This document shows, one piece after another, positions 35,225 to 42,609 of a stretch of 61,793 nt of DNA (within the stretch, counting starts at the first letter, position 1; each line of letters starts with the position of its first letter). Position numbers and translations under genes: made by a program. Origin of the DNA: a bacterium (GTDB lineage Bacteria; Patescibacteriota; Minisyncoccia; 1-14-0-10-42-19); the NCBI GenBank assembly GCA_030690215.1, contig JAUYHD010000022.1:1-61793 (forward strand), read 5' to 3'. The notes under the pieces are model-generated. The model was not told the DNA's origin and did no database searches. It worked only from the letters and a program-made list of their open reading frames with translations.

Positions 35225-35437
35225 TTGGACGAAGAAATAAAGGAAGCGCTTGAGGAAACGAAAGAAGTAACGAAAGAAGTGATGCGTATTTTTCTTGAAG
35301 ATGAAGAGTTTTTTGTTCTCATGGCAGAAACTTTGGGTAAGTCTCACGCCGCGCTTATGAAGGCGGGTTTTTCAAGAGAGGAAGCAACTAACATTGTTGC
35401 GCATCAGGCTGCCGCAGGAGTAGTACGGTCTCATTAA
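35225..35437 (+). CDS. Small acidic hypothetical protein
   Basis: GAGGAG RBS before TTG 35225. 70 aa. Confidence 0.35.
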   Translation: MDEEIKEALEETKEVTKEVMRIFLEDEEFFVLMAETLGKSHAALMKAGFSREEATNIVAHQAAAGVVRSH

Positions 35438-35465
35438 TTCTTTTTCTATTCATTGTAAATAAAAG

Positions 35466-35497
35466 TCCCACCCCGTTTTTAGCGGAGTGGGATTTTA
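35466..35497. terminator. Terminator between convergent genes
   Basis: TCCCAC..GTGGGA stem followed by TTTTATTATTTTTT. Confidence 0.6.
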
Positions 35498-35594
35498 TTA
35501 TTTTTTATTAACAAATGTACGGAGAAAGTTAACGCAATAAAAATAATACAAGAACATAAATCGCCATACCTCAAAAGAGTATGGCGATATTTTT

Positions 35595-36773
35595 TTATCG
35601 TTCTAATGTTCCGCGCAATTCTTGTTCGTGTTCTATGGACTCAAAAAGCGCTTTAAAGTTCCCGATGCCGAATCCTTTCGCTCCCATGCGCTGGATTATC
35701 TCAAAAAAGAGCGTTGGCCGATCTTCTTGCGGTTTGGTAAATACCTGCAGAAGGTACCCATCTTCATCCGCGTCTACAAGAATAGATAATTCCTGCAGTG
35801 ATTGTATATCTTCCTTGAACGAATCCTTATGCGCTCCCAAGCGTTGCGGTATTTCGTCATAATACGCTTGGGGCGGGCGGGAGAGAAATTCAACGCCTCG
35901 CGCGCGAAGCGCACGTACTGTTTTGATAATGTCATCGGTAGCTACCGCAATATGCTGGACGCCCGGGCCTTCGTAAAAATCGAGGTATTCTTCTATCTGC
36001 GACTTTTTCTTTCCTTGCGCCGGTTCATTAATAGGGAATTTGATACGGCCGTTGTTATTTGCCATCACCTTACTCATGAGCGCTGACCATTTGGTATGAA
36101 TCTGTTTGTCGTCAAACGTTAAGAAGTTCGCAAACCCCATAACGACTTCGTACCATTTTGCCCACACGACCATCTGTCCCAATTGCACGTTGCCTACCAT
36201 GTGGTCAATGAATTTTAAGCCGACCGGCGGAGGATTATAATCGGGTTTCCATTCTTTGTATCCTGGAAGAAAGGGGCCATTGTAGTTTTTGCGTTCTACA
36301 AAAACATGCACCGTGTCTCCGTAGGTATGGATTCCTGAACGAACCGTTCCCCCATACTCGTCTTTTTCAACGGTGGGCTCCATGTATGGTATTGCTCCAC
36401 GTTCGGTGGTTTCTTCAAACGCGCTACGCGCATCATCTACCCAGAGAGCAATTACTTTTACGCCGTCACCGTGCTTTTTTGCATGTTCACCTATGGGCGA
36501 ATCGCTATGGAGTGCCGAAGTAAACACCAATTTTATTTTATCCTGCGCTACAACGTATGAAGTCCTGTCGCGCATTCCTGTTTCAAGCCCCGCGTATGCA
36601 AGCGGTTGAAAGCCGAACGCAGTCTGGTAGTAGTACGCTGCTTGTTTGGCGTTACCCACATAAAACTCAACATAGTCAGTTCCCAAAAGCGGGAGAAAAT
36701 CCTTTGCTTCGGTGAATATTTTTTCTAAGCCGTATTCCACGTTTTTTATCTCGGGTGAAGATGTTTTTCCCAT
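35595..36773 (-). CDS. hppD: 4-hydroxyphenylpyruvate dioxygenase
   Basis: Two VOC modules. The C-terminal signature FFEIIQRMG..GFGIGNFKALFESIE is typical of HPPD. Confidence 0.92.
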   Translation of the reverse strand: MGKTSSPEIKNVEYGLEKIFTEAKDFLPLLGTDYVEFYVGNAKQAAYYYQTAFGFQPLAYAGLETGMRDRTSYVVAQDKIKLVFTSALHSDSPIGEHAKKHGDGVKVIALWVDDARSAFEETTERGAIPYMEPTVEKDEYGGTVRSGIHTYGDTVHVFVERKNYNGPFLPGYKEWKPDYNPPPVGLKFIDHMVGNVQLGQMVVWAKWYEVVMGFANFLTFDDKQIHTKWSALMSKVMANNNGRIKFPINEPAQGKKKSQIEEYLDFYEGPGVQHIAVATDDIIKTVRALRARGVEFLSRPPQAYYDEIPQRLGAHKDSFKEDIQSLQELSILVDADEDGYLLQVFTKPQEDRPTLFFEIIQRMGAKGFGIGNFKALFESIEHEQELRGTLER

Positions 36774-36913
36774 CTCTCCCTCCCTGTGAAGTTTTTAAAA
36801 TTCGTTCATACTGTAAAGAATATTGGTGATCGTGTCTATATTGACATAAGCAGAAACACGTGATACCCTTTCTGGGATAGCATTTTGAAAATTTTCTAGA
36901 TTAGGGAGGTTGT

Positions 36914-38179
36914 ATGTCTGCACTTTATTTTTCGACCGGGTCTTATCAAAAAAAGAGCATGGCTCGTAAGGGGTACGAGCATCTTTTGAAAAAAATGGAT
37001 GGGTCGCCGCGTGGGGATTTGTATGTAGGGAAGATTGGTTTTGCTACCGAACTCTATATGGAAAAACTGCCGACTCTTATCAAACGTGTATCTGAGATAG
37101 CGGATAGGGATTTTGAGATTAGGTTTGCGGAAGTAGAAAATAATCTTTCCCCGCAGGCGTTCAAAATCGCGCAACGGTTAAAAAAGAGGGAGACGCCATA
37201 TACTCTTCTCAGTACAGATGACCAGCAAATTACCATACGGGCTTGTGTTTTTGGTCCGTCGCGTCCTACGCTTCGTTTTTTGAATATGGATGCGGATAGC
37301 GTTTGGTTTGTGTATAAAGGGAGTGGTTTTTGTGATACTACCCTTGGGCGAATATTTTTTGAGTCAGGGGATTTTGTATATATCCCAGCCCGCATATGTT
37401 ATAAATTTAGCGCAATCGGCAACAAAGAAACGGATAAAGTTATTATGATAGGGATGGAAGGCGCTAGTGGTTTTCAAGAACCCCAGCCAAGAGTGTTTGA
37501 TAATAACGATATCCCATATTCTTATGAAGATATTCGTTTGCCTGACCCGTGTGATATGCGCGATCTTGATATGTATGATTGCGCGGAGCTTACTAGCAAG
37601 GTTGAGGATTTTTACGTTTTTGTAAAACGGAATCGCAGATGGAGCAGGGTAACGTATCCGTTTACGCCGTTTCAATGCGTCGCGTGGAAAGGAACGGTGT
37701 ATCCGTTTGCGGTGCACGAGAGCGATCTTCATTTTTCCTACACCACCGACATTCATCCCGACCCGTCTAATTTCGCGATGTTTGCTGCCAAAGATTTTTC
37801 TGCGGTGATTTCGGTTCTTAAGGGACGTTTTGTGCATAGTATTCCGTATAACCACCTCAACACGTTGGAAGAATTTCTTTTTTATGGGAAGGAATACGAA
37901 GCGCGTAAAGGCAGTGTGGTTGGCGAAGGAGGAGACGCAACACTCCATCCGCAGGGCGTGTGGCATGGACCACAGCCGAAAGCATTACGAGAATGGAAGC
38001 GCCCAGCATCTCCAAAGGACATACCCTTTGTCGATGATCTGGCGATTATGTTTGAAGCTTCAAAGCCATTGCTTTTGTGTGAAGATGGCGCTGACATAGC
38101 TGTTTCCGGGTATGAACGTTCTTGGTATGAAGATTGGGAAGAATACCAGGAACTGCAAGAAGAACATCAGGAATTGTAA
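36914..38179 (+). CDS. hmgA: Homogentisate 1,2-dioxygenase-like cupin protein
   Basis: Cupin core and a C-terminal ..ATLHPQGVWHGPQP resembling the HGD ..LH..M.PHGP. region. Lies divergent from hppD and upstream of an FAH-family gene. Assignment rests partly on context. Confidence 0.62.
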   Translation: MSALYFSTGSYQKKSMARKGYEHLLKKMDGSPRGDLYVGKIGFATELYMEKLPTLIKRVSEIADRDFEIRFAEVENNLSPQAFKIAQRLKKRETPYTLLSTDDQQITIRACVFGPSRPTLRFLNMDADSVWFVYKGSGFCDTTLGRIFFESGDFVYIPARICYKFSAIGNKETDKVIMIGMEGASGFQEPQPRVFDNNDIPYSYEDIRLPDPCDMRDLDMYDCAELTSKVEDFYVFVKRNRRWSRVTYPFTPFQCVAWKGTVYPFAVHESDLHFSYTTDIHPDPSNFAMFAAKDFSAVISVLKGRFVHSIPYNHLNTLEEFLFYGKEYEARKGSVVGEGGDATLHPQGVWHGPQPKALREWKRPASPKDIPFVDDLAIMFEASKPLLLCEDGADIAVSGYERSWYEDWEEYQELQEEHQEL

Positions 38180-38340
38180 AAAGAGAAAAAGCAAAATAGC
38201 ACCCCGTTAGATGAACGTCCCGTTAGATAGGCCAGCCGCCATCCCACGGGACTATCTAACGGGGTTTACTTTTTGTAGAAAGTATTGTATATAAAAGAAG
38301 GTGTTGTTTAAAATTGACACAGAAGGAGGTAGGGCTTGCT

Positions 38341-39135
38341 ATGGACACACGGTCCTTCATTGATAAGACAAACCGGCATCTGCGGGATTTTCTTGGTTTT
38401 GAGGAACATATGCGCCAGATCCGCAAACAGCGAGGGGATTCTGTCCCTGATGCGTGGTATCGTTTTCCCTATTATTACGAATTGTTGCTTGGAAAAGATA
38501 AAATGCGCCATTCCGGCGAGTTGCTTCGTTTCCCATCGTATGTTCAGAAAAAAGATTACGAATTTGAGATCGTCGGGATGTTCTTAAAGCCGATAAAAAC
38601 GACGGACAAAAAGGAAGCAATCGCACACATACGCGACCACATGGTCTTTTGTATCTTTAATGACGCGAGCTGCAGGGATTTTCAAGCACGCGATATGCTG
38701 TTGCCATTAGGCGTTTCTAATTCCAAAGGAATTGCCGACAAGAGTTTCGGTCCGCTTTGTCTGCAGGGCGGGGATATTCCTATGGACGAGAACGGCGTGT
38801 TCAATATTCCCATGAGCCTTCATGTAAACGACGAACTTCGCGCGTATACGAATTTTAATACGATCTATTTTACGCACCCGAAGACAGGAGAATTAAAAAA
38901 CTGGTCGTTTGCTGAAGCAGTAGTTTTTATGGGATATATGAACCAGGGATTTGAGGAGGGTTCGCTTATTGGTTCAGGAACGGTCGGCAATGGTTCCATT
39001 GCCGAGCATACGGATCGTTATCCGTGGCTTACAGACGGCGATCGTATATGTATGCACGCCAAAGGATTGGGAGATTTGGCGAATGTGGTAGAGATTGTTC
39101 CTATGGTTGACCCGATGGAAATATACAAAGAGTAA
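38341..39135 (+). CDS. Fumarylacetoacetate hydrolase (FAH) family protein
   Basis: DYEFEIV, FNDASCRDFQ..LG.SNSKG and GSGTVG segments match the FAH catalytic domain. AAGGAGG RBS 8 nt before ATG 38341. Confidence 0.78.
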   Translation: MDTRSFIDKTNRHLRDFLGFEEHMRQIRKQRGDSVPDAWYRFPYYYELLLGKDKMRHSGELLRFPSYVQKKDYEFEIVGMFLKPIKTTDKKEAIAHIRDHMVFCIFNDASCRDFQARDMLLPLGVSNSKGIADKSFGPLCLQGGDIPMDENGVFNIPMSLHVNDELRAYTNFNTIYFTHPKTGELKNWSFAEAVVFMGYMNQGFEEGSLIGSGTVGNGSIAEHTDRYPWLTDGDRICMHAKGLGDLANVVEIVPMVDPMEIYKE

Positions 39136-39144
39136 GGAGGGATT

Positions 39145-39807
39145 ATGCCAAAACATATCACTGTTGTGTCCGAGACGTTTGATCCGGATATCATGAAGGA
39201 GTTGCTGAAGACAGAAAGACTTTTTTTTGGAGATGCGCACGTATTGTATCCTGCCGATTGCGATGGGTCGCATCTTACCCGGTTTTTTATGGTAGAGAAG
39301 ATACTTTCGGGAGAAAATGATTTTTCATCGTTTATCGCGCTTGATATATACAACTGGATCAGGCGTGAAAAGATAGACTTTGATTTTGTTTTTGCGCCGG
39401 CACAACCTGGGGTAAAAGAAATCGCAAAAATAATTGCGCGGGAATTCAAAAAACAATACGCATTATGGGATTATTTTCCTACGGGAAGATTTGGCGATAT
39501 GGCGGCAAAAGATTCGCCGCCGATGATTCCTTTCGGTAGGGCTCTCATGTTTAACGGCATGAGCGCGCAAGGGAGATGTATCGGAGATCGTCTTCCGAGC
39601 TTTTTAAAACGATGCCAGGCATATCCGGTTGCAGCCGCTGTATTTGCGAAAGGAACGACTGGATTGGTGAATAAGGTGGAAGAAACATTTGGTTCAAGAT
39701 TTTATTCTACGATTCAGGTTGATATTCCTGTGTATACTCGTGGTACGTGTCCCAAATGCAAGAGCGGGGATGTTGCTAGCTTGCAAAGATGGACTGATCT
39801 TCAATAA
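39145..39807 (+). CDS. Hypothetical protein, possibly a degenerate phosphoribosyltransferase-like fold
   Basis: GGAGGG RBS. FDFVFAPAQPGV..IA and ALMFNGMSAQG resemble PRTase strands, but the acidic PRPP motif is absent. C-terminal CPKC. Confidence 0.4.
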   Translation: MPKHITVVSETFDPDIMKELLKTERLFFGDAHVLYPADCDGSHLTRFFMVEKILSGENDFSSFIALDIYNWIRREKIDFDFVFAPAQPGVKEIAKIIAREFKKQYALWDYFPTGRFGDMAAKDSPPMIPFGRALMFNGMSAQGRCIGDRLPSFLKRCQAYPVAAAVFAKGTTGLVNKVEETFGSRFYSTIQVDIPVYTRGTCPKCKSGDVASLQRWTDLQ

Positions 39808-39815
39808 ATATTAGA

Positions 39816-39850
39816 GCCGAGAACAGAAATGTTTTCGGCTTTTATTTTTG
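39816..39850 (+). terminator. Intrinsic terminator (left copy of a duplicated terminator-promoter cassette)
   Basis: GCCGAGAAC..GTTTTCGGC followed by TTTTATTTTT. Confidence 0.7.
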
Positions 39851-39898
39851 ATGATTGTGTGGTATTGTTCTAAAAAATTAAAAGGAGGAGTATTGAAT

Positions 39899-40306
39899 AT
39901 GCCCTTTGTTGATTTGGTGGACACGCTATTTGCGAAACTCGCAGACGGACAAACAGATAAATTTTTTGAACATGTGTGGGACAATGTGACATGGACGGTC
40001 CATGGGACTCATGCGCTGGCAGGCGTATATCGCGACAAAAATACTTTTTTGAAAAACGCACTTGGAGAGGTTCGCAAACGGCTTAAGGGAAATTGGACAT
40101 TAAAAATAAAAAATATAATTGTATCGAATTATTACGATACTGCAGTTGTGGAAATGGAATCATTGTCCGTCGCTCTGAATGGTAAGCCTTTCAATAATAC
40201 GTATTGTTGGATAGTTCATTTCCAGAGAGATGTCATTGTTCGGGTAGATGCATATGTTGATTCTGTGTTAGTCCAGCAATTGCTAGATGAAAATCCAATA
40301 GACTAA
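39899..40306 (+). CDS. SnoaL/NTF2-like (ketosteroid-isomerase-fold) protein
   Basis: About 135 aa. The pattern ..FFEHVWDNVTWTVHG..AGVYRDKNTFL.. is typical of SnoaL_2-type proteins. AAGGAGGAG RBS. Confidence 0.55.
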   Translation: MPFVDLVDTLFAKLADGQTDKFFEHVWDNVTWTVHGTHALAGVYRDKNTFLKNALGEVRKRLKGNWTLKIKNIIVSNYYDTAVVEMESLSVALNGKPFNNTYCWIVHFQRDVIVRVDAYVDSVLVQQLLDENPID

Positions 40307-40313
40307 TACTAAA

Positions 40314-40345
40314 GCCGAGAAGAATATTCTCGGCTTTTATTTTTG
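40314..40345 (+). terminator. Intrinsic terminator (right copy of the cassette)
   Basis: GCCGAGAA-GAATA-TTCTCGGC followed by TTTTATTTTT. Confidence 0.7.
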
Positions 40346-40438
40346 GTGATTTTGTGGTATCGTGCACATGGATAAATACACAAAAGACCCTTCTACGTTT
40401 CGCTTTTACGGAACTTTGAAGGGCGAGGGTCTTTGAAA

Positions 40439-42424
40439 ATGGCAGAGAAAACATATGCATGGGAGCCGAACGAATATTTTTTGAACGAATCGCGCATCGC
40501 GCGCTTTATGCAGAAATACGGAATTTCTTCATGGCAGGAGTTGATAGAACGATCAAATGACATTGATTGGTTTTGGCCACGAGCCTTGGATTTCCTGGGC
40601 ATTCAGTGGTTTACGCCGTATGCGGAACTGTATGATAATTCGCAAGGAATTTCGCATACCAAGTGGTTCATCGGCGGGAAGCTGAATATTTACGAAAATT
40701 GCATTGAGCGCAACATCAAGCGCGGGCTGGGAGACAAAACATGTATATTCTACGAGCACGAATCGGGCAAAGAAAGTAAAGCAACCTTTTCCGAATTCAA
40801 AGAGTTCATTGACGCAATTGCCTCATCCATGAAAGCAAACGGCATTAAGAAAGGTGATTTTGTAGGAATGTGCATGCCGATATCAATTGAATCTGCGGCA
40901 GTTATGTTTGCGTGTTTCAAGATTGGCGCGGTATGCATCCAAATGGCGCCGACCATCACGCAAGCCGGAGTAGAAGACATTATCAGCCACATTCAAATCA
41001 CAAAAGCGAAAATGCTTTTTATGGTTGATGAGTATATCTATAAAGGAAAAGAATATGCATTGAACGACATATACTACGGCTTGAGAGATATGCTTTGTTT
41101 GGAACACGTTGTTGTTTTGGGAAATACTGTTTCTTCACAGCATTTTTCTTCTTTTCTTATTGAAGAATATGGGAAAGGCGAACGAGAAGTGTTATGGGAA
41201 GATTTTTTAAAAAAGGGGATTGGGAAGAAGGTGCGCACCGAACGATGCAGTGCCGAGGATCTTGCACTCATGCTTTTTAGCTCGGGCACCACGGATACTC
41301 CCAAACGTATTCTTCATACCCACGGAGGCGTGCTTGCGCAGGTATGCAAGGAAGTTGGATTTGCCTTTGACTGCAAAGAAGATGATGTCTTTTACTGGAT
41401 GACAAATTTCGGTTGGATGATGGCGCCGTGGGAAATTATCGGCGCATTGTATTTCGGGGCGTCGCTTGTTTTTTTTGAAGGAGTGCCGATGCATCCGAAG
41501 GCAGATCGTGTCTTTGAAATTATACAAAAATACAGAGTTACGATTCTGGGTTCTACGCCGGGTCATATTACGGGATTTCGCGATGCAAATGTAACTGGAG
41601 AGGGATATGATCTCTCATCATTGCGGATACTGGGGTCTACTGGAGATACGCTCCATCCGGAAAATTGGATATGGTATTTCGAAATATTCGGGAAATGCAA
41701 ATGCCCGATTATAAATATCATAGGGGGGACAGAATTGATTGGATGCATATTTTCTCCTCTGGGTATCATGATATTGTATCCGGGCACCGTCGGTTCGTTC
41801 GCGTTAGGCATGGGAGCAGAAGTGGTGGATGACTATGGTAATCCGATTCGTAATCGCATGGGGCAAGTGGTATGCACAGTTCCTTTCCCATCAATGACAC
41901 GGAGTTTTTTTGAAGATGAAAAAGGATTTCAGGATACATACAAATTCAATCCCTATTGGAATCATTCTGATTTTGCCATCGCGGATGATAATGGTTTTGT
42001 ATACATGATGGGGCGAAGTGACGATGTTGTTCCTAAGGATGGGCATAAGTTTTCTCCCGCAAAAATAGAGGGAGCGCTTGTAAGTTATGGGGGGGCGGAT
42101 TTTCGAGTGATGGAAGCGGCGGCAATCGGCGTTTCAAATGCAATACTTTGTTTTGTGGTGGTCCAAGGGAAAAATATGCTTAGCGAAGCCGATGTATATG
42201 CCCTTAAAACACTCGTTGCAAAAATTGTTCATCCTGTTGCCAAGCCAGACAGGATCTATCCGGTAAAAGCACTGCCGAGAAATGCCGCGGCAAAAGTTCC
42301 GCATAAAGATATCAGGAAGGCATTTTCCGGGGAAGATATGAGCAACGTTAAATTATTAAACCCTGAATCGCTCAAGGCGATACAAGAATACGGAAAAGAA
42401 TTTTTTTCTGCCGATAATATATAA
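40439..42424 (+). CDS. Acetoacetyl-CoA synthetase-like AMP-forming acyl-CoA ligase
   Basis: AMP-binding motif FSSGTTDTPKRILHTHGG. The N-terminal region (..W.PNEYFLNESRIARFM..) and the length of about 660 aa resemble acetoacetate/acetate-CoA ligases. Confidence 0.75.
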   Translation: MAEKTYAWEPNEYFLNESRIARFMQKYGISSWQELIERSNDIDWFWPRALDFLGIQWFTPYAELYDNSQGISHTKWFIGGKLNIYENCIERNIKRGLGDKTCIFYEHESGKESKATFSEFKEFIDAIASSMKANGIKKGDFVGMCMPISIESAAVMFACFKIGAVCIQMAPTITQAGVEDIISHIQITKAKMLFMVDEYIYKGKEYALNDIYYGLRDMLCLEHVVVLGNTVSSQHFSSFLIEEYGKGEREVLWEDFLKKGIGKKVRTERCSAEDLALMLFSSGTTDTPKRILHTHGGVLAQVCKEVGFAFDCKEDDVFYWMTNFGWMMAPWEIIGALYFGASLVFFEGVPMHPKADRVFEIIQKYRVTILGSTPGHITGFRDANVTGEGYDLSSLRILGSTGDTLHPENWIWYFEIFGKCKCPIINIIGGTELIGCIFSPLGIMILYPGTVGSFALGMGAEVVDDYGNPIRNRMGQVVCTVPFPSMTRSFFEDEKGFQDTYKFNPYWNHSDFAIADDNGFVYMMGRSDDVVPKDGHKFSPAKIEGALVSYGGADFRVMEAAAIGVSNAILCFVVVQGKNMLSEADVYALKTLVAKIVHPVAKPDRIYPVKALPRNAAAKVPHKDIRKAFSGEDMSNVKLLNPESLKAIQEYGKEFFSADNI

Positions 42425-42497
42425 GAAAAGCAAGAGCCGTTTCGCATTATGCGGGCGGTTTTTTATTTTTTGTCCACAAAAAGCTTCTTCTCTAATG

Positions 42498-42533
42498 CTA
42501 ATAGAACCACAGACTAGTCTGTGGTTCTATTAG
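42498..42533. repeat. 36-nt perfect palindrome centred on ACTAGT, upstream of ileS
   Basis: CTAATAGAACCACAGACTAGTCTGTGGTTCTATTAG. All 18 pairs checked by hand. Confidence 0.85.
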
Positions 42534-42609
42534 GGAATTGGGCAGTGCAATGAAACCTGCTGATTTTCATGTATAAAAACGCTAGATTTAGTAGCTATTT
42601 TTCTATAGA

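Noticed and set aside
42430-42609. T-box leader upstream of ileS
   Set aside because: No T-box consensus (the AGGGUGGUACCGCG-like box), specifier-loop architecture or terminator/antiterminator pair was seen. Only a weak terminator-like hairpin and the 36-nt palindrome are present.
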